64,000 bases of DNA from positions 85,630 to 149,629 of the forward strand of contig JAYZET010000010.1 of NCBI GenBank assembly GCA_036337155.1, read 5' to 3'. Under the pieces are notes generated by a model, which searched no databases, was not told the origin of the DNA, and worked only from the letters and a program-made list of their open reading frames with translations. How positions within the stretch are numbered: position 1 is the stretch's first letter; each line of letters begins with the position of its first letter. Source of the DNA: Pseudomonadota bacterium (GTDB taxonomy: Bacteria > Pseudomonadota > Alphaproteobacteria > UBA8366). Below, in pieces: positions 46,197-54,555 of this stretch. A program made the translations under genes and the position numbers.

Positions 46197-48112
46197 GAAC
46201 TTTGAGAATTAATATCGTCAATCCATTCACGTAAACTGACAGCTACGGATCGTGTCAATCGAGCCCAGTCGCCACGTTTAGACTGCCTAAACAGGCGCAT
46301 TGTTGGATACCATGGCGAATCAGTTCGCTGCACTAGATAGCGCCAGTCTGCATGGTGAGCGAGCATAACCCAAACAGGTTTTCCGATTGCTCCGGCGAGA
46401 TGTGCGGTTGCAGTGTCGACCGTGATGACGAGGTCGAGTGATGCGATGGCGGCGGCGGTGTCAGAGAAATCCTTAAAATGCGATCCTAAATTTGTCACTC
46501 GGCTAGGAATGTCAAATGGGTCCAAGCCGACTTGCAGACTCACGAATGTTACGCCGGGCACAGCCAAGATGGGGTCCAATTCCGGCCGGGGGCAACTTCT
46601 CATTGCATCGTCTTGCCGTCTTGGGTTGCCAAGCCAAACCAATCCGACTTGCCGTTTCTCATTTCCGAGGAAGCCGGCGAATTTTTGAATTTTATCAGCT
46701 TTAGCACCGAGATAGGGAACCTTGGCAGGTACGCTATCCAAATCTGTGGAGAGAATACGCGGTAGGCTCATTAATGGAATTGAGAAATTGGTTTCTGGGA
46801 TTTCGTCCTTTCGGGCTAAAACCTGCTCGACACCTTCTATTGAGCGACACAGACTAACCATAGGACGCTGGCACTCAAAATGAACCTCACCACCCATTGC
46901 GGTAAGTATAGGGATGTATCGACAGAATTGTAATGTATCTCCAAATCCTTGTTCGGCATGCACGAGTATACGTCGGCCCGAGAGAGGTTCCCCATTCCAC
47001 CTTGGTGCAGAAAAGGAACGGCGGTTAGATGTGAATCTGGCAGCTTCCCATCTCGATTCGTAATTTTCCCAACCTTTTTTATACTTACCCTGCGCCAGTT
47101 GGCAGATGCCAAGGCTCATAAGCAAATCAGCGTTACCGGGGGCTTGATTTAGTGCCGATTTATAAGCTCGCTCGGATTCTTTGAATTCATTGAGATTGAA
47201 TAGTGCGAGGGCAAGGTTCGCCAGGGCGGTTACTTTCCCCGGGTTTAATTCTATTGCCTTTCTATAGGCTTCTGCCGCCTTTAAAAAGTTGCCTTGCTCG
47301 CGGTGTATGTTACCCAGATTAATATGTGCTTCAGCCCATTTAGGGCGTAATTTTATAGCAGCATTGAGGGTATATAGTGCCTCGCCGAAACAATTTTCAG
47401 CCTGTAATGCAACACTTAGGTTGTTCATTATTTCAGTGTCACACGGGACTAATTTGAGGGCCCTTCGAAAGGCCCTGATAGCAGCCTGATGCTTATTCGC
47501 ATCGCATAATGCAAGACCGAGATTGTTCAATGCTACTGGAGATTTTGGGCAAATAGATAAAGCCCTTCCGGATGCTTTTATGGCCTCAGATGTCCGTCCA
47601 GCGTGTAGGTATGCAGCCGCTAAATTACCGTGTGCGTCATATGCAGTTGCGTTGTGCTGGATGCAAAATTCGTAGTTATCAATTGCCGCCAATAATTCTT
47701 GTTGTCGTGCTTGCACATTGGCTAAATGAAACCGAATGGCTGTATCCTCAGGCGCAATTTTTTTCGCTTTTTCAAGTACTTGCCTAGCTTCTTTGATTTG
47801 ATCAATGGCAAATAAAGCCGCACCAAAGTCCCGGAGGTAATTAGGATTCTCAGGCGACAAGTTATGGGCTTTATCGAAATAGTTTGCAGCAAGAAGGAGA
47901 TTGCCCATTTTCTGGGCAGTGAGCGCGCGTAAGTGCCATGCTGTTGCGTTATCTGGCTTGGCATCAAGTACTTGTCGAAGTATTTCCTCACTTCGTACCG
48001 GATCTCCTTGTTCAAGACAACTAAGCACCTTTGATAATATCTTGCTGAGGTTTCCAACAAGGGGGGCCGTCGCGTTTTCTTCCATATCCATTGTGGAAAC
48101 CCTCATCGTCAA
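46193..48112 (-). CDS. TPR-repeat protein fused to GT9-like glycosyltransferase, copy 2
   Basis: 639 aa. ILVHAEQGFGDTLQFCRYIP, DTATAHLAGAIGKPVWVML and DSPWYPTMRLFRQ. It starts 13 nt after the flgL stop (alternative ATG at 48091, with GAGGG upstream), and its stop overlaps the next gene start by 4 nt. Confidence 0.75.
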   Translation of the reverse strand: MTMRVSTMDMEENATAPLVGNLSKILSKVLSCLEQGDPVRSEEILRQVLDAKPDNATAWHLRALTAQKMGNLLLAANYFDKAHNLSPENPNYLRDFGAALFAIDQIKEARQVLEKAKKIAPEDTAIRFHLANVQARQQELLAAIDNYEFCIQHNATAYDAHGNLAAAYLHAGRTSEAIKASGRALSICPKSPVALNNLGLALCDANKHQAAIRAFRRALKLVPCDTEIMNNLSVALQAENCFGEALYTLNAAIKLRPKWAEAHINLGNIHREQGNFLKAAEAYRKAIELNPGKVTALANLALALFNLNEFKESERAYKSALNQAPGNADLLMSLGICQLAQGKYKKGWENYESRWEAARFTSNRRSFSAPRWNGEPLSGRRILVHAEQGFGDTLQFCRYIPILTAMGGEVHFECQRPMVSLCRSIEGVEQVLARKDEIPETNFSIPLMSLPRILSTDLDSVPAKVPYLGAKADKIQKFAGFLGNEKRQVGLVWLGNPRRQDDAMRSCPRPELDPILAVPGVTFVSLQVGLDPFDIPSRVTNLGSHFKDFSDTAAAIASLDLVITVDTATAHLAGAIGKPVWVMLAHHADWRYLVQRTDSPWYPTMRLFRQSKRGDWARLTRSVAVSLREWIDDINSQSS

Positions 48113-48125
48113 ACTGAGGGGTTAG

Positions 48126-49094
48126 TTAACGCAAGAAGTTCGAAAGTGAGAGTGTTTGAATTCTTGCGATTGTAGTAAAAGAAGCTTCCAATTGGATTTG
48201 TTCAAAATTAAGCAATGCCACTGCTTCTGCGGTGTCGACATTTTCGATCTCAGCAATTGAATCCTGAGCAAAATTTAAGAAATCACTATGCTTACCTTTA
48301 ATGCTGTCTAACATCACGCGGTCTAAACCGATATCCGAGCGAAAATCGGTGAGGGTCTTATCAGTGCCATTGTTCTCTATTACTTCGGTCAATTCTGCCA
48401 TGGCGGCTTTTATAAAAGTTTGCTCATTTGTATTTACAGGATCTGAAAAAGAATGAGCAGCAATATTATCAAGTGTCCTGATTAATTTTTCAAAAGCGGA
48501 TTCGTTAGCTAATATGCCATATGATACGGTAAAATTATCGTCGATCCGCGTTGATTGAACAGCGCTGTCACCTTCGTAATAGCCGGTGTCGACAGTCTGG
48601 TTGAAACTCGGATTAGGTGGTCCGGTGATAACTGGCGTTGTGTATGTTCCGTTGGATATGTCAACTGGTCGTGTCTCAATCTCACCACCGGCGAATAAAA
48701 ATCGGCTGTCGTCCTTCATATTAAGGAGTTCGATGACCTGGTCACGTGCCGCCTGCATTACAGATGGTACTTCTAGATCATCTGCAGTACTGCCATTTAG
48801 AGTTCCAGCAAGGTCCGTCCTTGCCTTACGGGCGATTTTCTCTATTTCTTCAATCGCAAATGCCATCAAGTCGAGGCGTTTTTCAGTTATCGTGATATTC
48901 TCAATGAATTGCTCAGCTTGTTTAAGTTCGCTTTTTAAATTTACTAGTTTGCTCGCGTTGTTGGCTATTCCCGAGAAACGTTGTGTTTCCTTGCCGGATG
49001 CGACTTGTGCCTGCAATTCGTTCACGTTCCGCTGCGTCCGGAGTGCAGCGGCTGTCACTAGGCGCTGTTGGGCGAGAGTTGCTACTCTTGTCAT
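48126..49094 (-). CDS. flgL: flagellar hook-filament junction protein FlgL
   Basis: 322 aa with flagellin-like N- and C-terminal helices (C-terminal LNFEQIQLEASFTTIARIQTLSLSNFL). It lies directly after flgK. Confidence 0.8.
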   Translation of the reverse strand: MTRVATLAQQRLVTAAALRTQRNVNELQAQVASGKETQRFSGIANNASKLVNLKSELKQAEQFIENITITEKRLDLMAFAIEEIEKIARKARTDLAGTLNGSTADDLEVPSVMQAARDQVIELLNMKDDSRFLFAGGEIETRPVDISNGTYTTPVITGPPNPSFNQTVDTGYYEGDSAVQSTRIDDNFTVSYGILANESAFEKLIRTLDNIAAHSFSDPVNTNEQTFIKAAMAELTEVIENNGTDKTLTDFRSDIGLDRVMLDSIKGKHSDFLNFAQDSIAEIENVDTAEAVALLNFEQIQLEASFTTIARIQTLSLSNFLR

Positions 49095-49107
49095 GGTTCA
49101 CTAACTC

Positions 49108-51219
49108 CTAACGAACGGCATCAATCAATTCCTGTAACATATCTGACGCCGTTGTAATGATCCTTGCTGAGGCATTAAAGGATTGTTCCAAAACAACTAA
49201 GTTAGCGAGTTCTTCATCTAGATTTACGCCAGATACTGAAGCTGCGCGGAATTGCAATGTGTCCGTGAATTGCTTCGTGAACTCTAATTCTACCCGAGCG
49301 TCGTTTGTTTGCGACACCTGCAGACCCAACATTTGAGAGGCATACTCGCCTAGGGTGGTAGCGACACCTGAAATTCCACCGGATGTTCCAAAAGTAATAG
49401 TCTGGGCAAAAACCCCAGCAATCGTCGTTGCAGCGGTTGCATCGCCGGGCGATATGCCAGTTGATGTGCTAACGGTGCCGTGGCCAAGGCGGGTTGGATC
49501 GCTGATGATCTCAGAGTTAACTTGAAAACGCCCCGAAAGAGCGCGGTTGTCGGATGTCAGTTGGACCTGTGTCGCGAGACTACCACTGTCTGCGATACGA
49601 AAATTATTGCCATCAGAATCCGAAATTATTAAGCGACGGCCAGATCCGTCATTTACTACTTTCGCAGAGATATTAGCATTTGTCAGGTCAGAGTTTGCTG
49701 TAATATTTGATGCAATTGTATCTAGCGATTGGCCTGTTGAATAAGCAATGGTGACTGGTGAATTAGTGAAATTTCCCGTAAAAGTAAGGTTACCGGCAAG
49801 GCCGAGAGCTGTTGTGCTGTTTGTCTGCTGAGATGAGGCAAATGAGTTGTAATCACTAGAGTTATCTTCCTGTACTATCAGGTCATTCATCCCAAAAAAA
49901 TGTGAAAAATCGCGCGTTTCACCTTGAATGACGGTGTATGTGCTGTTGCTATTCGCAATAGCTATCCCATTGGCCGTGCTGTTTGCTGAAATTTGCAACT
50001 TGCCGTTGCTATCCAGTGACGCGCTTGCATTTGTCATGGCGTTAATGGTGGAAACGATTTCTCCAACGGTATCGACGGAAGTTGCACCTAAATTAGAGAT
50101 ATTTAACGTTTCTACTACGTCGCCAGTCGACCTGTTAATCACGATTATACTTGCCGCGCCTGTCGCCGAGAGGGGATCGCCTGAAGCAAATGTTTGAGAC
50201 CCGGTAAGGCTATTTGGTGGCGGTGCAGCAGTTGCGTCGTTGTGTGCCGCATTCAGTTGCACGGTCAGCTTTTGTACCAAGGTATCGAGTTCCGCCTGAA
50301 TGTTGGGTAGTACTGTATCACGAAGATCGATCAGACCTTTGAGGCGTCCTGTAGTAATTTCGGTGGTTATATCGTTGGTACCGTTAGACGTATCAGGTGT
50401 GCCCAAAAAAATCCCTGTTACCCCGCCCGGATATCCGGAATCCGTTGGTTCCAGATAGCTTAGCGATGCGCTCATTTGCACAGCAGAAACGTGTGAGACC
50501 GTCTCGACGACAGCACCGCTGATTAAATTTCGGCCGGTGTTAGTGAGTATGGTAAGCAGACTGTTTGAGTCCTCTATTATTCGGAGGTCCATTTGCTCGG
50601 CTAACTTATTTACCGCACGGTCACGTTCGTCGCGCTCTTCGCCGCTGGGTGTATTTAGGTTCGCTGCCCGAGCAACTCGTGTATTCAAATCGTGAATGCT
50701 ATTGAGCTGGGTCTGAATATCAGTGGCCCCCCGACTAATTTCCTGGTCTGCTCGGAGACGCAAGTTTTGCACGGAATCCGCCAAATCCTGTATTTGAAGT
50801 GCGGCCTTGCGTAATTCGTTGACAACGTTAAATGCCGACGCGCTTGACTCGGGTGTTGTAGCAAATGCTTCGAGCGTATCGCGTACGGTAGAGAGTGCAT
50901 TAGTAATAGACCGATCGTTTTCAGGTGAGCTGAATAACGCCTCTAGTTGGCTGAGAATTTCCTCGCGGACTTCCAGATTCCCAATGGTGGCCTGTTGGTC
51001 TCGGATTTCTTTAATCAGAAATTCGTCGACAACTCGGTCTACCGTGGCCACGTTGACGCCAGCCCCAGTCGTGTTGATGGTCCGAGTTGAGAATGTGACG
51101 TCTTTGCGCGAATACCCTTCGGTATTAACGTTGGTGATGTTGTTTGAGGAGACTTGAAGTGCGGTCTGCGTTGCGGCTAGTCCGCTTAGCGCCGTTCTAA
51201 GCGCGAGGGTCAGTGTCAC
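49108..51219 (-). CDS. flgK: flagellar hook-associated protein FlgK
   Basis: 703 aa. N-terminal ALSGLAATQTALQVSSNNITNVNTEGYSRK and a C-terminal rod-type domain (VNLDEELANLVVLEQSFNASARI). Confidence 0.9.
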   Translation of the reverse strand: MTLTLALRTALSGLAATQTALQVSSNNITNVNTEGYSRKDVTFSTRTINTTGAGVNVATVDRVVDEFLIKEIRDQQATIGNLEVREEILSQLEALFSSPENDRSITNALSTVRDTLEAFATTPESSASAFNVVNELRKAALQIQDLADSVQNLRLRADQEISRGATDIQTQLNSIHDLNTRVARAANLNTPSGEERDERDRAVNKLAEQMDLRIIEDSNSLLTILTNTGRNLISGAVVETVSHVSAVQMSASLSYLEPTDSGYPGGVTGIFLGTPDTSNGTNDITTEITTGRLKGLIDLRDTVLPNIQAELDTLVQKLTVQLNAAHNDATAAPPPNSLTGSQTFASGDPLSATGAASIIVINRSTGDVVETLNISNLGATSVDTVGEIVSTINAMTNASASLDSNGKLQISANSTANGIAIANSNSTYTVIQGETRDFSHFFGMNDLIVQEDNSSDYNSFASSQQTNSTTALGLAGNLTFTGNFTNSPVTIAYSTGQSLDTIASNITANSDLTNANISAKVVNDGSGRRLIISDSDGNNFRIADSGSLATQVQLTSDNRALSGRFQVNSEIISDPTRLGHGTVSTSTGISPGDATAATTIAGVFAQTITFGTSGGISGVATTLGEYASQMLGLQVSQTNDARVELEFTKQFTDTLQFRAASVSGVNLDEELANLVVLEQSFNASARIITTASDMLQELIDAVR

Positions 51220-51229
51220 TTATTATCCC

Positions 51230-51673
51230 TCATAATTCTCGGTTTAAAGTCATTGCTGCGACTGGCATTTTAGAGCGGCGCGTTGGATAAGGCGCAGTTC
51301 CAGATGCTCCGTAGCCGTTTGGTCGGGTCTCTTGTCTGCTCGCTAATTGTGCAATCTTGTTAACCATGCGCGTATTCATCTCGAGTGCTGCCTTGAGCGC
51401 GCGCGTATTTCGTTGTGCAGAACGGTCGAACGCTGCGCTGGCATTACGAAGCCTGTCGCGGAGTTCAGCCGTCACTGTTTCGAAAGTGCCAACATCTTGA
51501 ATGGCTTCACGCATCCGCAATTCGTAAAGACCGGAAAGTGACGTCTTTTCTTGCTGGAGAGCGCCAATTTCCTTTACGCGTAACTCTTGTAGAAGCTCAT
51601 TTTCTTGATCAATCACCGCAGTCAGAGATTCGGTGACGTCGATAAGTTCGTGAGCTCGTGTGGTCGGATTCAT
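51230..51673 (-). CDS. FlgN-like flagellar export chaperone (tentative)
   Basis: 147-aa helical protein between the rod-binding gene and flgK. It has an FlgN-like heptad pattern. The assignment rests on context and weak pattern only. Confidence 0.45.
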   Translation of the reverse strand: MNPTTRAHELIDVTESLTAVIDQENELLQELRVKEIGALQQEKTSLSGLYELRMREAIQDVGTFETVTAELRDRLRNASAAFDRSAQRNTRALKAALEMNTRMVNKIAQLASRQETRPNGYGASGTAPYPTRRSKMPVAAMTLNREL

Positions 51674-51676
51674 AGC

Positions 51677-52024
51677 TTAGCTCTCCAGCATTTCTTGCAT
51701 CTTAAGTAGCTGTTCGCGGACGGCACTTGCGATACCGAATTCACCTCGTCGGGCGGCTTCTTTGCCATATTCCTGAACCAAAACCGACCTGAAAACCTTT
51801 TCACCATGACCGCCACCGAAGGGTCCGTTGGTTTCAATCCCGGACATCATGGTTTCCATCATCATCGAGATGAAGAAGGCTTCGAAGTCCTCGGCGACAG
51901 TGTTGATTTGTTCATCGTTCATTTTGCGGACTGCCCTATTAGCATTGCCAGATTGCGAAGGCGTTTGCGACGACTGGTAACTCTGTAACGCTTGATCGAC
52001 GAATACACTGCTATCCATCATCAC
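51677..52024 (-). CDS. flgJ: rod-binding protein (FlgJ N-terminal domain only, no muramidase)
   Basis: 115 aa. AEDFEAFFISMMMETMMSG matches the Rod_binding motif (EFEAvFl..mlk.M). Confidence 0.75.
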   Translation of the reverse strand: MMMDSSVFVDQALQSYQSSQTPSQSGNANRAVRKMNDEQINTVAEDFEAFFISMMMETMMSGIETNGPFGGGHGEKVFRSVLVQEYGKEAARRGEFGIASAVREQLLKMQEMLES

Positions 52025-53172
52025 AGCACCTCGATGTCCGCTTGCATGGCCCCTGACGCCTTCACGGCTTGTAGAATTGTAATCATGTCGCGAGGGCCTA
52101 TGCCGAGCGCGTTCAATCCGTTCACCAATTCCTGTAGGGTGACGCCGTTCGGTAGTACGGCGAACTTACGATCTTCACCTTCCTCAACCTCTACCGCCGT
52201 ACGATTGACTGTTTGTGTCGTACCAGTATTAGAAAATGGGGTCGGCTGTGATACTTGCTGTGTCTCGGTAATCCGAATTGTCAGGTTGCCCTGGGCGATT
52301 GCCACCGTACTAATCCGAACATTTTCGCCCATTACTATTATACCTGATTGTTCGTCGATGATGACCTTCGCGATTTGGTCAGGCAGAACCTCTAGTTGCT
52401 CAATGTCGGTAAGTAATTCGACCAGTTCGCCATTATAGGTTTTGGGTACATCAAGCTTGACCGTCGCATTGTCAGTTGCTTTGGCAGTTGCGAGACCTAC
52501 AAAGGCGTTAATCGCGCGCGCGACGCGGCGGGCTGTGGTGAAGTCGGGATTGCGAAGCGACAGATGGACCCGCTTGAGGTCGGCTAGCGCAAACGGCAAC
52601 TCGCGCTCGACGATCGCACCGTTCGGGATACGGCCGCTGGTCGGAACGCCTTTTACTACGGTTTCCGCTGCACCTGCGGCAGCAAAACCTCCGACTGCAA
52701 GCGTACCCTGCGCCACTGCGTAAACCTCACCGTCGGCTCCCAGCATTGGCGTGACCAGAAGAGTTCCACCGAGCAAGCTGCTCGCATTGCCCAGTGCCGA
52801 GACTGAAACGTCGATCTTGACGCCTTGGCGCGCAAAGGCTGGAAGTTGGCCAGTAACCATAACGGCCGCCACGTTTTTAGAATCGAGAGCGTTATCATTG
52901 GCGTTTACGCCAAGCCGCTCGAGCATGCCGATTAGACTTTGCTTTGTGAAGACGTTGCTCGACAAGGAGTCGCCCGTGCCGTTCAGTCCGACGACCAGGC
53001 CGTAGCCAATCAGTATGTTCTCACGCACTCCTTCAATATCGACAATATCCTTAATTCGGGACTGAGCTACGGCTGCATTGGTCCATGTGAAGCAAGTCGT
53101 CACCATCACTAAAATCAATGCGACCTGACTGAGCGAGCTTTGTGCCTCTGGACGGATTTTTGACTTCTTCAT
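52021..53172 (-). CDS. flgI: flagellar P-ring protein FlgI
   Basis: RIKDIVDIEGVRENILIGYGLVVGLNGTGD signature. I use the ATG at 53172 (MKKSKI.., signal peptide, GGTGGA SD) because the track start at 53232 lies inside the sigma-54 promoter. Confidence 0.9.
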   Translation of the reverse strand: MKKSKIRPEAQSSLSQVALILVMVTTCFTWTNAAVAQSRIKDIVDIEGVRENILIGYGLVVGLNGTGDSLSSNVFTKQSLIGMLERLGVNANDNALDSKNVAAVMVTGQLPAFARQGVKIDVSVSALGNASSLLGGTLLVTPMLGADGEVYAVAQGTLAVGGFAAAGAAETVVKGVPTSGRIPNGAIVERELPFALADLKRVHLSLRNPDFTTARRVARAINAFVGLATAKATDNATVKLDVPKTYNGELVELLTDIEQLEVLPDQIAKVIIDEQSGIIVMGENVRISTVAIAQGNLTIRITETQQVSQPTPFSNTGTTQTVNRTAVEVEEGEDRKFAVLPNGVTLQELVNGLNALGIGPRDMITILQAVKASGAMQADIEVL

Positions 53173-53215
53173 TTCCACCGTATCTCCCGTTAAGAGATTT
53201 GTTCTCAGAGAGAGG

Positions 53216-53231
53216 TGCGAATGGCATGCCA
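53216..53231 (-). promoter_or_regulatory. sigma-54 promoter of the flgI-flgJ-flgN-flgK-flgL-(GT-GT) transcription unit
   Basis: The minus strand reads TGGCAT-GCCAT-TCGCA. It sits within the 12-nt palindrome ATGGCATGCCAT. Confidence 0.6.
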
Positions 53232-53256
53232 TGTTTCTATCTCGTTAAGGTATTGA

Positions 53257-53276
53257 TTAATATAAATTTAATTAAC
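53257..53276. promoter_or_regulatory. CtrA-box-like TTAA-N7-TTAA(TTAAC) in the flgI/fliX divergent spacer
   Basis: TTAATATAAATTTAATTAAC read directly from the sequence. The context is AT-rich, so a chance match is plausible. Confidence 0.25.
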
Positions 53277-53334
53277 CCAAGCTAAAAATTTATAAGTATT
53301 GGGCAGGGGTCAGGGAAAGCCGTGCCGGGTGTTT

Positions 53335-53347
53335 GGAAAAGATTGCC
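53335..53347. promoter_or_regulatory. near-dyad GGAAAAGATTGCC (one mismatch), candidate UAS for the flgI promoter
   Basis: Its centre is 110 bp upstream of the promoter 5-prime end. It is flanked by the direct repeat TGCCGGGT (53323..53330 and 53344..53351). Confidence 0.3.
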
Positions 53348-53416
53348 GGGTTACGCGTCACGGGCATTTGGCGCAAATTTGTTTCTTCAATCGCTGAAAG
53401 CGATTAAAATCCTTGG

Positions 53417-53845
53417 ATGAAGATCGAAAAAACGTCACCGATTGGCTCGTCGCCTGTTAAAAGAGGCGAGCGTTCGGGAAAGACTGCCGCCGGGAAGTTC
53501 TCGAAACAGGTAGGCGCAAAAGAAACATTATCGGTAGACCCGGTCAGTGGTGCGGCTCCGGTACAGGGGGTTGACGCGCTCCTCGCGATACAAGAGGTGG
53601 AGGATTTGACTGCCGATGGTCGAAATGCACGTGGCCGCTATTGGGGTGAAGAGTTACTAGACCGTTTAGAATCTATTCGTTTAGGCCTTCTTGCTGGGGG
53701 AATTCCGGCCAGTGAACTGCGCAATATTTCGAACTTACTTACGTCTCAACGTGAAGCCGCCAGTGACCCACGATTGCAGGAAATTCTGGAAGAAATCGAG
53801 CTTCGTGCAAGGGTAGAACTCGCGAAATACGAGGTTGGTCGCTAG
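53417..53845 (+). CDS. fliX: flagellar assembly regulator FliX
   Basis: 142 aa. It is divergent from flgI, as in Caulobacter. The C-terminal LLDRLESIRLGLLAGGIP...DPRLQEILEEIELRARVELAK fits my memory of FliX. Confidence 0.65.
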   Translation: MKIEKTSPIGSSPVKRGERSGKTAAGKFSKQVGAKETLSVDPVSGAAPVQGVDALLAIQEVEDLTADGRNARGRYWGEELLDRLESIRLGLLAGGIPASELRNISNLLTSQREAASDPRLQEILEEIELRARVELAKYEVGR

Positions 53846-53977
53846 CGTTGCTGTTTACTTGGTTGAAGAGATGAAAAATTTATTATATTGGTAAATTCAA
53901 GTGCTTGCCGGGGGAGCGGGTACTCCATATACTCCGCGCGCTTCGAAAAAAAGTTAATGCTCTGGCGAGGATAAAAC

Positions 53978-54406
53978 ATGGCGTCGAAGAAGCGGCCATC
54001 GCTTCCTAAGAACTATAAGCCTACAGAAAAAGAAAAGTTCATGAGCGCTCGCCAGCGCGAGTATTTTCGCAGGAAATTGCTAAATTGGCGTGAAGAACTT
54101 CTGAACGAATCAGGCGAAACGTTACGTAATTTGCAGGAAGAAAGTCTTGCTGAGCCGGATATGGCAGACCGTGCGTCCCTTGAAGCGGATCGTGCTCTGG
54201 AATTACGTACACGGGACCGGCAACGCAAGTTAATATCAAAAATTGATGAAGCGCTTGAGCGCATCGAGGACGGAAGCTACGGTTATTGCGAGGAAACGGA
54301 TGAGCCTATCGCGCTTCGGCGTCTCGAAGCTAGACCAATTGCGACTTTGAGCGTCGAGGCACAGGAACGCCACGAACGGATGGAGCGGACGCGACGCGAC
54401 AACTGA
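53978..54406 (+). CDS. dksA: RNA polymerase-binding regulator DksA (cysteine-poor zinc-finger region)
   Basis: 142 aa with the coiled-coil DxxDxA tip (DMADRASLEAD) and a C-terminal GSYGYCEETDEPIALRRLEARPIATLSVEAQ. Only one of the four usual Cys residues is present. Confidence 0.85.
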   Translation: MASKKRPSLPKNYKPTEKEKFMSARQREYFRRKLLNWREELLNESGETLRNLQEESLAEPDMADRASLEADRALELRTRDRQRKLISKIDEALERIEDGSYGYCEETDEPIALRRLEARPIATLSVEAQERHERMERTRRDN

Positions 54407-54432
54407 AAATGATTTGCGATAAAAATTATAAA

Positions 54433-54468
54433 GGGGGCCGATGTCTGTTGACATCGGCCCCTTATTTT
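54433..54468. terminator. bidirectional rho-independent terminator between convergent dksA and flgH
   Basis: Stem GGGGCCGATGT / ACATCGGCCCC (6-nt loop). It is followed by TTATTTT on the plus strand and by TTTATAATTTTT on the minus strand. Confidence 0.75.
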
Positions 54469-54522
54469 GCAGCAGACCTCTAGGAGGAGGATGAGGAGGA
54501 TGGAGAAAAGGACTGCTGCAAA
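54466..54522. other. 10-bp stem (TTTGCAGCAG/CTGCTGCAAA) enclosing a 37-nt GGA-rich (minus strand: CCU-rich) loop
   Basis: The loop is ACCTCTAGGAGGAGGATGAGGAGGATGGAGAAAAGGA and contains the tandem AGGAGGATG x2. It lies between the flgH stop and the terminator. Confidence 0.35.
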
Positions 54523-54555
54523 TATCCACTTTCTTACTTTAGCCTGTTTTTTTCA

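Noticed and set aside
53369-53384. TGGCGC-AAATT-TGTTT as a sigma-54 promoter for fliX
   Set aside because: It lacks the invariant GC of the -12 element. fliX is an early gene in the Caulobacter paradigm, so a sigma-54 promoter is not expected.
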